A stretch of 64,000 bases of DNA from Phoronis australis. Taxonomy: Eukaryota > Animalia > Phoronida. Below, piece after piece: positions 39,744-52,943 of the stretch. Position 1 is the stretch's first letter. Each line of letters opens with the position of its first letter. The notes under the pieces are model-generated. The model was not told the origin of the DNA. It did no database searches and saw only the letters and a list, made by a program, of their open reading frames with translations. The stretch spans positions 576,853 through 640,852 of the forward strand of contig NMRA01000174.1 of assembly GCA_002633005.1 (NCBI GenBank), written 5' to 3'. Both the position numbers and the translations under genes were made by a program.

Positions 39744-42700
39744 AATTACAGTGTATAATCTTTGCTATTTTATTGCTATTTCAGGAGAATACCATTAAGA
39801 AATTACTAATTATATTAATAAGTAATTGATCTAGTAAATAAAAATTGGCATTGTCCCACCTAAACGACTTTGATCTCCGCATAATCCATAAAAACATGGA
39901 TTGTTGGCACGAAACATGATTTGACACACTTATTAAGGAAAAATGAGCAAAACATCACTCAACAAAAAGTGTTCGAAATTTATTAAAAATTATGACAGTA
40001 TCCCAAAACAATGTCTGCCCTTATCCACAACCAATGTTATCCAGGTACGTCATTGTCACTACTGCTCACTTCACCGGTATTAAATAAATCTATAGATTTT
40101 CTGAAAGTAGAAAGCCTGTAGAAATTGATTTATGACTATACCAATTTGATTTTTTTTCATAAAAATCAAAGTCCTATCAATTTTTCATAGCACCTCATGC
40201 AAAATGTGAAATTAAAAAAAATTCAAACACTAACGGCCTTTTAGCATGGTGAATGAAAGTTTCCAATGGATCCATTCAGCCATTTCTGAGATATGATGTT
40301 CTGAAGTTAGCAAAATTTTATACATTTTTGTAAGGCCCTTCATAAGCTTGTCACTCAATTGCACTTAGTAGCATCAATAAACAACATGGAGCATTAGAAA
40401 CATGGCTCAAGTTTATTAGGCAAGTTTATCTAGTGACTTACTGGACAATAATTTTGGAATGATCAGACAGTTCTCTTGATACATGATTGTGTACACTTCT
40501 TAGTAACCCAAAGTAAAAAACCCCGGTTCCTAAAGAATGAGTGAAAAATGACAAATTATGCAAGTTAGAGCCCAGATATTATACCTCCTATGAAAAAATA
40601 TACAGTTCACTGCAGTTAAGTATAAACAGCACACTAATTAAATGAGTATTCACATTTGTTCAATAAATGACTGGACCTGGAGACTTTCCAGTGAATGTGA
40701 ATCAATACAAAATTTGATTCAAGAAAAGTTTATCAGTCAGGTAGCTCAACAATATATACAGTGGGAGCCGAAAGCATTCCGACAAAATGACCCAGAATTC
40801 CCCGTCATGACTAGGATGGAAACCAAATTCATCGTCAAAGTAGTCTTTTCTCATGATCGAGAATGAATTCACAGGAAAGTTAGTAATTTGGCATTATTTG
40901 TTTTCTTTTCAGCCACAATAGTTATTGCCACTTAATTTTTGCTGCCAACAGGATTAACCGTCATGACAGGAAAATGGTATTTACTCGGATTACTATTATC
41001 TGGCACTGCACCTTACAAAGACTGACAATCAATAAACTAATTATCCAAAAGCAAACAAGACTCCGCCCAACGAACATCTGAACTTCTGCCATGCCCCTCA
41101 GCAACACACATATCGTATTTTAAATAAATTTCAAATTGCTAAACATGACGTAACCACTCCTGCTATTTCATCTTGTTCTTCTTAAACACACCATGTACTA
41201 CGGTAGTTCTCCACTATTTCAGCGCACAAATATAAGTGCAAAATGTCATTTTCACATTTTTCAAAGGCTAATTACTTAGTTAAAAACACTAAAAATTTTA
41301 CTAAATGTTGTTTTATGAGATCTACACGGTAGGAACTATGCTTAATAGTACACTAAATTTTCTTAATTTTTATTTTTTTGAAGAATTGTGAGACTAGAAT
41401 TTCACTTGTCGGCCATGTTGTGTGCTACATAAGTGAAGAGTTACCACAGTGTAAGAATCCCAAGTGTTGCCAACGGCAACTGTATGAGCATAACAGACTG
41501 GTCCACATGTCTTTCATCTTCCATCAGAGTAACAGCAACAGGCCCTAGCTGTTATTCAGTTAGAGTGTTTATGCACAGCCCTGTGATATCAGTTGACATC
41601 ACCTAATGGGTGAAACACAAGGGGAGATAATAAGGATGGCAGCTGGTTCTACCAAAGAAATGGCAGCAAAACTAGCAGTCAAAAGGCTTTACATGCACAT
41701 CTTGCTATATAAACTCAATATATTTACCATGGACAGTGATGGTTCTGTCACTAGTGTACAGTTCTAACATCAACAATAACTTTAATTTGATTTGTACCTT
41801 ATTCTCCTTGAAAAGAACCTCAATTTAAACTCATGGCTTGAATTGTATGTCCCAGTGCCCCAAATGTACAATTCAGGTATTGAAATTCAATGTATCACAA
41901 TTGACTTTAAGCAGCTACAGAGAACTGTGCATCTATCCATACCTCTGAACTAACCACAAAGAGCAGATATTCCACAACCAGATAAAAATACAGTGTTGAG
42001 CCGAGGAGAACACGATCAGCGATTGCTTGCAGCAATTAGCGATTGACTATATACACTTCTGAACAAAATAAGAAAACCAATGCATGTCATGTTTAAGTTT
42101 CCTAGTTAGCAGGATGCAGTAATACAGCAATGAACTTTGAAAAATGTCAAGTGATTGGCAAATTAATTTCCTTCGGCATTTGAATAAATAAATTTTAAAA
42201 GGCAAGCTACTAATTATTACGTGTACAGTTAGAAATTAAATAAAGTGTACACCATTAGAAATCAATATTTTCCAAATGAATGTATAAACAGATCAAAATA
42301 AAATTAGCATTGCACGATAATTTCAATGTTGCCCAGACCATCATATGACAACTTGGAAAAAGTGTCGAGTTTCACAGACCCCATGTCTGCAGATCAAGTA
42401 GCCCGCATATGCAATGAAATTTAGGCCAACACATACAAATCATGTACTTATTGAAATTAAGCCACATGCACTGGTAGGCAAAACAAATGTAGCAAAAAAG
42501 TGTAGGCTGATTTACTCTTTATGGAAGACAATGACATGTTCTCAATGAAGGACCAATTAACTGAAAAGTAACGAAACTGATAAAAAAACAATCAGTAACA
42601 TTTAGTTTTCAAGACAATCATGCGACTGTGACAGTGATGCCTGCTTGAACCTATCTGTAATGTTTAGGCAAGTGTGCTCATAAGCCAAACACTTACGGTG

Positions 42701-42963
42701 TAAATTGAAATTAAGTTTGTTTCCCGTTGCAAGGCAGACAATTTTCTGCAACAGGGCAAACAAATTCAGTTGAAATCTTTAATATGCAAAAGAAACAAGT
42801 GCACATGGAAAATGAAGAATAAATATTAACATATTTACCAACTATTCAACTTATCCAACTCAGAGCAGTAAACAAGTGTTAGTGCAAGAAGAAAAACAAA
42901 ATTGCATGTACAGTCCGCAAATATCACAGTCCTATGATTCAACAAAACTATACGACACTACTA

Positions 42964-43419
42964 TCATGTCTCCACAAGTGGGTGGCCGTTTTGTAAGGAG
43001 TCCCTTTTGAGCGAAGGAGTTCCAGGACACACCATATATTCACACTTTCTGTACAAAACGCATGGCCATACAAGTGCCAAGCTTTTCATTGGTTCCAGTT
43101 TTGTACACGCGAACAGCAGACAAAATACTTGCAGGTAGGGAAGAGAGATCAACAGCATAAGCACACTAATAGGAACGTCTGATATGTGACTAGCCACTGG
43201 TGCTGACTCCTGCTGATTGTCCATCTGACTATTTTCATGATTTACTTCCGGTATTCTCTGGGCTCTCACGGTATCAGGGTGATGATATTTCTTATCATGT
43301 TCAACTGCAAACCGTTTGTACTGTTCATGAACGTCAAACAGATAATACTTTGTGAGTAGGTATGTTCCCGCAAGGTAGAACACGATTAGTAGCCATGCTA
43401 CTCTCTGACGAAATTTCAT
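42964..43419 (-). CDS. LYSET: Lysosomal enzyme trafficking factor LYSET/TMEM251 (151 aa, two TM segments), single coding exon
   Basis: MKFRQRVAWLLIVFYL...YYLFDVHEQYKRFAVEH...LPYLQVFCLLFACTKLEP matches the TMEM251 family pattern (MNFRQRMGW...YYVFEI..TYNRLALEH...PYLQMFLFLYSCTRADP). A splice acceptor opens the exon at 43441, so the ORF-track start at 43506 is intronic. Confidence 0.92.
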   Translation of the reverse strand: MKFRQRVAWLLIVFYLAGTYLLTKYYLFDVHEQYKRFAVEHDKKYHHPDTVRAQRIPEVNHENSQMDNQQESAPVASHISDVPISVLMLLISLPYLQVFCLLFACTKLEPMKSLALVWPCVLYRKCEYMVCPGTPSLKRDSLQNGHPLVET

Positions 43420-43637
43420 CTTCCAGTCATCAGGAAAAAATCTGAAAACAAGATAGAAAGAGAACTTGTATAAAATGTCGTAAACCTTATCAAACTGAAA
43501 TGGCATTCAAAATTGTACATAAATTTGTTGCCATTTAAACCTGTTTAGGTCTACTTGTGTTTTGTTGATTTGTATTCTTTTTAACCATCGGCACTCCGTG
43601 ATGGCTAAACTGCCATCCCTTGCTTTATGCTTGATTT

Positions 43638-43702
43638 CTCTCTCTCTCTCTCTCCCTCTCTCTCTCTCCCTCCCTCCCTCCCTCCCCCCCTCCCTCGCTC
43701 CC
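43638..43702. repeat. (CT)n/(CCCT)n microsatellite ending at an N
   Basis: Directly visible. A single n sits at 43703. Confidence 0.95.
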
Positions 43703-43703
43703 N

Positions 43704-46700
43704 CACGACAGTAATGTCAATGTTAGAATTGTGGTGAACAGAAAGGAACTTGACTTGATGTGGTACCTCTTTATATGGTTTAATTTTTTGTTGCGGAAAT
43801 TGCATGGTTAAACATGGTTAAGTACTCTTTAATCACATGCTCATCGATGACATTGATGTAAAATATTGAAGTTTACTATTCAAAGAAATTCGGATTGCTT
43901 TATAATTATTTAACTCTAAGTATTAAATTTTATAATATGTAAGAAATTTGTCACGTAATCTCCTAATGCCACCACACCTCTTTACTCTGCGTGAAACAAA
44001 ACAAACAGCAATAATCAAGAAACCAAACTGAATGGTATGTTGCCTTGGAAATCCTAGCTGCAACAGGAGCAAAACTCAAGATGATAACAGATGGTGTATT
44101 CCAATTACAAAATATTGATTAGTCTCAAAAACTTAGTGCTAATAGCAACAGGAAGAATATTACACTTGTCCGAGTAAACACCCAGATGTGGCTAAACACA
44201 CAACCATGAATTTTCAAAACTTTCACTTATAAGTTTTAAATGTCCATGAACTTTTATACGGCCAATTCCAATTTGCAGGTTCTCGATTTTCACACAGTGG
44301 CGTAGCAAGGGGCTGCTCAGGGGGTTAGTTACCCTTGAGTGCAAACACAGGAGGGGTGTCACCTCCCAAAAATAAAAGGACATCGAAGAAGAAAAATCTC
44401 TATCTTTAGCGAGGAGTGAACAAATTTTGAACGCATCACCCCAACACAGGTTTCACATCCCCCACACCCTCCGGTCATCACAAAGTTTCAGCATCACTTA
44501 AGCTTCATCAACTTAATGGATGACCCATCACTGTTTGTCTCTGTCCTCTGAGGATGGTCAATGACAACATATTTTTTCTGGTCGTGTTAGTGAGAAAGCG
44601 CTCCCCCCTTCTCCCAACCCTTAGCACATCAGATGTCTCCATGTAAAACAGACGAGTTAAATTAAATTTTGAAAATAGTGCCATTCTGACAGAGTGCCTA
44701 TGGAGGCTCTTTCAGAAATTTTCCCAAAAAGGAACAGTGCAAATTACATCTTCTGAAGAAGCAATGAAATTTTGAAATGCTAAAACTGGATAAGATATTG
44801 CACAACAATTTCCTGTACCAACTGAAATCCTTAGAATGCCCATTTTTTAATTGGTCCAGAAAACCTGAACTCTGACAGGCGTTGCGAGTGAAAACATCAT
44901 CTATGAAAACTCATTGATGCACCTGCAACACTTTGTTTTTTGTTTTACCTTTAATTATGACACATTACTTTAGCAAATTCGGTTTTACGTGACATGCATC
45001 AAAAATTTTGCTCTACTAATTGCTCTTCGCTGGCACCATTTGGGATGTCTTGGTGGCAAACTGAGAGACATTCTTCAGCAAACTGAAGCTGATTAAAACA
45101 TGAGTGGGACCAATGATAGCCCAGCAAGCCTGGTTATTTTTAGAAGCATTTCACTCAGTCAAATATGATACCATTGTTTGTGGAGAAAAAGAATGCAAAA
45201 AGAGATTTTTGAACTTTAAATGGGCAGCATTACATGAATTAACAGTATTGATATATAAAAGTAAATGTTATCCATAAGTATGTCTTGTCTTTGCAAGTGT
45301 GAACTCCTAGAGTTTAGGCAAAATGACTGCCCCATAATCATGAAAAATTTATGAAATAGTGCACTTTGGTTTTGTTGCCCCCAGGTGCCAAAAGCCTTGN
45401 NNNNNNNNNNNNNNNNNNNNNNNNNNNNNNNNNNNNNNNNNNNNNNNNNNNNNNNNNNNNNNNNNNNNNNNNNNNNNNNNNNNNNNNNNNNNNNNNNNNN
45501 NNNNNNNNNNNNNNNNNNNNNNNNNNNNNNNNNNNNNNNNNNNNNNNNNNNNNNNNNNNNTCCCTCCCCCCTTCTTTTGCTTAAGGTAACTGCCATACAC
45601 GACAATAATGTCAATGTTAGAATTGTGGTGAACAGAAAGGAACTTGACTTGATGTGGTGCCTCTTTATATGGTTTAATTTTTTGTTGCGGCGATTGCATG
45701 GTTAAACATTGGATTAAGTACTCTTTAATCGCATGCTCATCGATGACATTGATGTAAAATATTGAAGTTTACTATTCAAAGAAATTCGGATTGCTTTATA
45801 ATTATTTAACTCTAAGTATTAAATTTTATAATACGTACGAAATTTGTCACGTAATCTCCTAATGCCACCACACCTCTTTACTCGACGTGAAACAAAACAA
45901 ACAGCAATAATCAAGAAACCAAACTGAATAGTATGTTGCCTTGGAAATCCCAGCTGCAACAGGTGCAAAACTCAAGATGATAACAGATGGTGTATTACAA
46001 TTACAAAATATTGATTAGTCTCAAAAACCATTACCCAGAGTACTTTTTAACTTAGTGCTAATAGCAACAGGAAGAATATTACACTTGTCCGAATAAACAC
46101 CCAGATGTGGCTAAACACACAACCACGAATTTTCAAAACTTTCACTTATGAGTTTTAAATGTCCATGAACTTTTATACGACCAATTCCAATTTGCAGGTT
46201 CTCGATTTTCACAGTGGCGTAGCAAGGGGCTGCTCAGGGGGTTAGTTACCCTTGAGAGCAAACACAGGAGGGGTGTCACCTCCCAAAAATAAAAGGACAT
46301 CGAAGAAGAAAAATCTCAATCTTTAGCGAGGAGTGAACAAATTTTGAACGCATCACCCCAACACAGGTTTCACATCCCCCAAACCCTCCGGTCATCACAA
46401 AGTTTCAGCACCACTTGTTTAAGCTTCATTAACTTAATGGATGACCCATCACTGTTTGTCTCTGTCCTCTGAGGATGGTCAAAGACAACATATTTTTTCT
46501 GGTCGTGTTAGTGGGGAAGGGCTTCCCCCTTCTCCCAACCCTTAGTACGTCAGATGCCTCCGTGTAAAACAGATGAGTTAAATTAAATTTTGAAAATAGT
46601 GCCATTCTGACAGAGTGCCTATGGAGGCTCTTTCAGAAATTTCCCAAAAAATAACAGTGTAAATTACATCTTCTGAAGAAGCAATGAAATTTTGAAATGC

Positions 46701-47331
46701 TAAAACTGGATAAGATACTGCACAATAATTTCCTGTACCACCTGAAATCCTTAGAATACCCATTTTTAATTGGTCCAGAAAACCTGAACTCTGGCAGGCG
46801 TTGCGAGTGAAAACAACACCTATGAAAACGTTCAAACTCATTGATGCAGCTGTAACACTTTGTTTTTGTTTTACCTTTAATTAAGACACATTACTTAAGC
46901 AAATTCGGTTTTACGTGACACGCAACAAAATTTTGCTCTACTAATTGCTATTCGCTGGCACCTTTTGGGATGTCTTTGTGGCAAACTGCGAGACATTCTT
47001 CAGCAAACTGAAGCTGATTAAAACATGAGTGGGACCAATGATTAAAGATAGCCCAGCAAGCCCGGTTATTGTTAGAAGCATTTCACTCAGTCAAATATGA
47101 TACCATTGTTTGTGGAGAAAAAGAATGCAAAAAGAGATTTTTGAACTTTAAATGGGTAGCATTACATGAATTAACAGTATTGATATATAAAAGTAAATGT
47201 TATCCATAAGTATGTCTTGTCTTTGCAAGTGTGAACTCCTAGAGTTTAGGCAAAATGACTGCCCCGTAATCATGAAAAATTTATGAAATAGTGCACTTTG
47301 GTTTTGTTGCCCCCAGGTGCCAAAAGCCTTG
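43704..47331. repeat. ~1.7-kb direct duplication (43704-45399 and 45598-47331) flanking a 161-N gap
   Basis: The two copies are collinear from cacgacaRtaatgtcaatg to aaaagccttg, with scattered substitutions and small indels. Confidence 0.95.
45400..45560. other. Assembly gap (161 N)
   Basis: Run of n. Confidence 1.
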
Positions 47332-47348
47332 CAATGGCTATGCCACTG
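46212..47348. mobile_element. Possible hAT-like non-autonomous element (CAGTGGCRTAGC termini)
   Basis: cagtggcgtagc at 46212 and gctatgccactg ending at 47348. No 8-bp TSD is evident. The left end is also present at 44295. Confidence 0.35.
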
Positions 47349-47966
47349 CACTCAGCCCAAGTGCTGGCGAGCCCTTTCAGATATCAAAACCCACAGTTTG
47401 CTAACCTAGGATTAAAAACACATTGCATTGTCTACATTTGGGAGTTCCTTTGTTTGGCTAGTTGCATGTGATTAATCTGACATCAATACTTGTCAGTCTT
47501 TCTCACAAGCCATGTACACATCGTGGTTTTCAAGTTGATCAATTTAAATGCATTAGGCAACTGAACCAAGCAGGATATTAGCTTCACAGGCCAGCATCTG
47601 GTAATAAGTCACAATATAATTATAGAATGAATGTTCATGGCTGGCGGCATTACATAGTATAGGGAACAGAGTAATTACCTATCTGCGACCTGTTTGTGTT
47701 CGCGGACCTACATGTAGCTTTCGGGCAGGCAAACAGGTCGCTGATAGATAACTACTCTTATTCCCTCAAAATATAATGGCTCATACAACAAATAACTTAT
47801 AAAGGTACAAACTGGAATAGAAGTAATAGTATTATACACAAAACTATCATTACCTTCATTACAAATTAATGCTCTAAAGTATTGTAATACTTCCTGTAGA
47901 TCATTGCAAAAACAACAAACTAGCTGACCATTACATTTATTACTAACATTTTGGAACATGCAAATT

Positions 47967-48150
47967 AACAGAGTGTTTCCCTTCTGCCCCAGTGTTGTGG
48001 AAGACGAGTACCATTTCCTTCTAAGCCATGATAAATACCGGTATTCTGAACTGAGAGAAAATTATATTGAAGTGTACAACTGGAATTTCCATCTTTTTTC
48101 AAGTTCAATAGATCAATGTCAACAAGTGATTATGCTATGTAAATATGTAT
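47967..48150 (+). mobile_element. LINE (L2/CR1-group) ORF2 3'-end remnant
   Basis: RVFPFCPSVVEDEYHFLLSHDKYRYSELRENYI is a decayed form of the RxCxxC..EDExHFLLxCxxYxxLR motif found after the RT domain of these LINEs. Confidence 0.65.
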
Positions 48151-48647
48151 AAACAAATGGGAGCAATGTCAAAAGAAATAATATAATGTCTCCTCTCAGC
48201 CAAGAGCGACCCAACATATTTGTTTTATTAGCACAGACGCCCCCTAGACTTCTCAACGGTCCATAAAAAACTATGTCCACCTGTGGCCCTCCAATGGGAT
48301 TTCGTTAGATTTGTCTCCCTCTCTACCATCTCTGATCAAACCATTGTTCACTTAATATATACAACATGAGATGAGTAAATATAGACGCTGATGTTGGCGA
48401 TAATGAATCAAATAAACAAATAAACATAGAAAAATCAGGAACCCCAACTGGGAATTGAACAACAGATCCCTTTTTCACCTTTTTCACACAGCATTTGGAC
48501 ATCAGAGGACTCCATAACCTACATTGGTCAACTTCCACCCCTACAAATGAACTAGTCCAAGACAATGCATTGAAATCTGGGAAAACTATTGGCTGCTATA
48601 AATAGACCTAACATTTATAAGGTAATATTTACCCACTGTTCACTTGT

Positions 48648-48735
48648 GCTGGCTTTAGTTAAGTGGTTACTTCGCTCTTATGCTTCACATTTGTCTGCCA
48701 AACAAATTGTGGGTTCAAATCCCTCAAGAACCACT
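48648..48735 (+). pseudogene. tRNA-derived SINE head or decayed tRNA
   Basis: A-box-like TAGTTAAGTGG 48656-48666 and B-box GGTTCAAATCC 48712-48722. No intact cloverleaf. Confidence 0.4.
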
Positions 48736-49159
48736 GACGCCACCCAGCATTTTTCTACATTACTTTCACATGTTACACTGGCCATCAAATTACAAGTCAT
48801 ATTAAACAGCTACAAGTATGCAAATAGATACTATCATGTTTCCACAGGGACAGTATAGGTGGCCCTGTGTCAGAGGGTATGTGTGGTGACTACATGCCTA
48901 TCCTCCAGAGTGAGGAGGCTGCAGAAATATTGACATTTGTTCAACAAAATACAATAGGATGGCTCATTGTGCGACTCAATGATGTCATTTTGAGCAAAGG
49001 GTCACACTGTCAAATGCTTGATTAGTTTCATATAAAGATGAACTGCAGTCAGGTTATTATGTCATGCAAAAAAGACTTATGTCTACAAAATGAAAGTGCT
49101 CCAAGAATGACACTTGATGAAATTGACTGAAAAGAATATTGAATGATAAACGGCAATGG

Positions 49160-49215
49160 AGATGATTATGAAAATGATGATGATGATGATGGTGGCGATG
49201 ATAAGCATGATGATA
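49160..49215. repeat. Imperfect (GAT)n microsatellite
   Basis: atgatgatgatgatgatggtggcgatgat and flanking gatgat units. Confidence 0.75.
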
Positions 49216-52137
49216 ACAATTATATGACGAATGAAGATGTCAGAAATGAGTAAGAAATATAGTCTAGTTCAATAAAAGGTTAAACAACAAAAGTACAGCA
49301 AAAATCAGTCAAGAAAGAAACAGCGTCAACAGAAAGTCAAGACATGAATAATTTGAAAATGAGACATCCAAGTGAAAAATGGAAAACATCCTCTGAAAGC
49401 CTATTCAAAACTTTATCAAAAAAGTAGTTTCACAAAATTTTCGAAAAAAATTTCAAATTTTGCATTTTTTTAAATTGCAAGTCAAATAAGTCAAAAACAG
49501 TAAGTCGGAAAAAAATGTTAGTGGGCAAAACTCAATCATTTGCTCTTCCTGTTCAAAATGGCACCCAAGCACGATTGAAAAATGAGTCTACAATACGTTC
49601 TCTTCAGGACTAAATGTTTTCATCTGGAAATCAAGGTGCCCAAACACAAGAGCCAATATTTCCGCCAGCTTTGAAAAAGTTAATGATTTATGGCACATGT
49701 GTAGTACTCATCTGCTTTAATCATCGTACAGATTTTCAGCCGTGTACGTCAAAATTTGGGGCCACTATGAGCATTTGAATCTGAATTCAAAACAACACGG
49801 TTGTCACGTCTGCCGTATTGAATCCAAACATGATGAAAAACAATAGGCTTTGAGATATTCTGGAGCTAGAGGTTCCACGTGAATTTCGTGTGAATCGGAC
49901 GAAAAAAAGCCATCTGTAGAGTGCGAAAAAACAAAAGTAACACACAAGGTGAAATTTTTTTCCGCCAATTAGTAAAAATTCAACCCATTTTTAATATGAT
50001 GTACAATTATTTGTATTTTATGCTTTTTGTCTCTGTGATAGCTTCTTGCACTCTTAAGTATGTTACATGTTATTCTTTAGTACAGTGGGCCGGTGGCCTT
50101 TTTTACAGAAATAAATTCATTGATATTAACAGTACGTGTAATTGATCAGCACAGTATGCTTCATAACTCAACATCTCTCAAGCTGTTCTTTTTTCAATTG
50201 GTATCACATTTAAACAGGTGTACATGTCATATATTCCACTCCCTTTACAACAGGAAGTAGTCCTGATGATTGATGTCCAATTATTAATTGAGAGCATTGG
50301 AAGCAAAGATATGAGAGTAAGATAGCAATTCCAGTGTATGAAAATTCCCAGTGTAAGACATTAGCCTATTACCCATTACTTGTCCTGAAGCATTTTCCTA
50401 ACATCTGCAACAGCTGTAGTACCGTAACATTTATTTGGCCTAACTCTATTTCATTATTATTGTTCATGTTTCATGCGATGCATATAATTTTTCAAATAAA
50501 GGTATGGTACTGTAACTATATAAACAATGCCCTTTTGTCAGAACGACAACAGATGCGGGAATCAGTAGCCTAGTTATAAATGCAAACATGGATATTTTTC
50601 ATGGTGATGATGGTCATAATTTGATCCAAATTCCTGCATTTTAAACACTATTACTGGACATGCAGTTACTAGTACACTTTGAAGGTCCAAGTGTTTCAAT
50701 CATAGTAGATTTTGCACTGGCCATGCCCCAGCATACAATTCTTGAGAATGTGGATAATGCATGATTTTGACGCTTAAAAATTTGTCTATTTTTATGGTTG
50801 ATTGTAGCGCACAATTCAGGACTCTGATTACCTTACCAGGGAAAACAACCACTTGTGACATTGCCTTTAGTAAAAGTGCAAATATCTGGTTGTTAATATT
50901 CCTTTGGCAAGTACTAGTATCCATTCAAGGAACAATAGAAAGTGACAAGGGCCTGACAAAGGGTTTGTAGAACTGGTTGCTTTCCCCTTAACTGTGAGTG
51001 ACACTGATACAATGGCCAGTTCAGGGTTGGTCTTACTGTAAGCTCAGGTACATCTAACTCCAAATTCAAAGGTTTCTTCTATTGTGGTAAAATATCACGA
51101 ATTTCAGACAAAAATGATTGATGAAATTGCCTTTTTCTCATTTTTCAAGGTGACACATTTTCTTGGCATAGTAGGAATTCCTACTTTTTAAGACTTAGCT
51201 TAACAGCAGGTGGAATCTGTCAAATAGATAAAGGAATTTTGATTAATGATTTGCAGCATATTAGTCTTCTGTGCCAATGCAAAATGGGAACTTCTGGGAC
51301 CTGAAAAGCACGTTATTTAAAAAACGGAGCAACCTGGCTTAAGGCTGGGCACGGGGAACTTGGTTTTCTGACTCACTCACCTACCTAGAGGGCTTTCGAC
51401 ACTTAGTTTGTTGAAACCACCCCAAGCCTAACAAATATTTACAGGTCCAATTTGTTATCAAACAATGTTCTGGCATAGAATACAAAGAGTCGTTCAAATT
51501 AAACAAAAAATTGAAGTTAGCAACACTGCATTTATTTCAGTTTAAAGTCCAAAGTCTGAATGTTGTCAGATATGGGCCACCCTGGTGAGGGTTAAGGATA
51601 TCTCAAACCTTATTCACAAAAATTGGCCATTTTTACAATATTTCACATAATGTCTACCAAAATACCTTGTCTCCATTGTTGGGAAATACAAATAAAAAAT
51701 ATGTACCGTATAGTAAGAAAAAGAAAGATTTTGCAAAACCACCTTGGAACCCCACAACCGCGTGGAAATGTGTTTACCACTTATCCTGAGGTCAAAGGTT
51801 ACGAGGCCGTCACTCAAATCGAATCTCCCGCCAGGCACAAAGTAGCTCCTTATGTACCTTCAGTCTTTTTATTCACCAAGTCACCATGATAATATCGAGT
51901 CAACGACGTGTACATGTGATCGAAAAATGCGAGGGAAAACGAAGACAAAATGTTAGTTTTGATCCTGAGGGAGTTGTGTGTCTGCATGCATTCGATCGTG
52001 AAAAGAGATTTATAAATCCTCACCCAAATTCCTTAATTTGATAGGTAATTAGAAATTTCACTATTTCAATCTAATGCTCACAATGTGCTTTGACCACCCC
52101 ATGAAAACCTGTTGCAGTTTGCTCGAGTTTCTCTCAC

Positions 52138-52256
52138 CAGGAGCCATTTTGAGGAAGTTACGTGAAATCACGCCTGCCGATGAACAAAAAGTCGAAGAAA
52201 CACACATCCTACAAATATCACCTGATACCTTCCCATGTCACGCGCCAGGTCACGTG
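52138..52256 (-). promoter_or_regulatory. Putative LYSET proximal promoter / first exon (E-box GTCACGTG, YY1-like CAAAATGG, donor GTGAGA)
   Basis: gtcacgtg at 52249-52256, gccattttg at 52143-52151, minus-strand donor at 52137-52132. Local CpG enrichment. Confidence 0.4.
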
Positions 52257-52943
52257 CTTCACTCAGTCGCGCATTTGCCTAACTTACTTGTACTCAGCTG
52301 AATTACTTTTGTGGTTATTGCGTGTGCGGTGAAAAACTTAATGGCAACCAAAAAATAGGAGTTGGAATTCCTCACCAAAGTTACCTTAATTCTCATAGCT
52401 ATGCATCATCAAAGATATGAGTAAAAGCAGAAAGAATAGTTTTAATGTATTTTTGACGAGGTGAAAACTGTTAATCGGTGAACGGATGGCCTACCGCCCA
52501 TTTAAAATACACGGGATGAAATTAGTACAGAAAGGGATGGGAAGAATTGTAGCCCCTAACCATCCAACCGAGGGGCTATGCATTGCCTACCACCTATCCC
52601 ACTATTACCGGAATTCCAAATAGGGAATGATCCAAATCCGATATTTTGATTTGGGCCAGATTCCAAAACAGGTCCGAACATCTGTTGAGAATTTCCAGTT
52701 CAGCAGGAGTGACCTACCATTGTACACAGCATCTTTAAATCACTTGCAAAGGGCAACTGTGTCTTCTCCAAACGGTTAGTACATTCGACTCAAGCCAGTA
52801 ACCTGAGTTATTTTGGTGCCGACGGCGTGTGAATTTTTCCACACATCACTTAGCATCACTTCCCAACCGATAAAGTTTCTCATACTTCCTTATCGTTAAT
52901 TCTATCATCAATTTGGAACGAAAAACTAATGAAGCGTACTCAC

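Noticed and set aside
43420-43506. N-terminal extension of the LYSET ORF in the ORF track
   Set aside because: It crosses a clear splice acceptor at 43442-43443, and family similarity begins at MKFRQR.
45216-45705. ORFs spanning the N run
   Set aside because: They are open only because Ns contain no stop codons.
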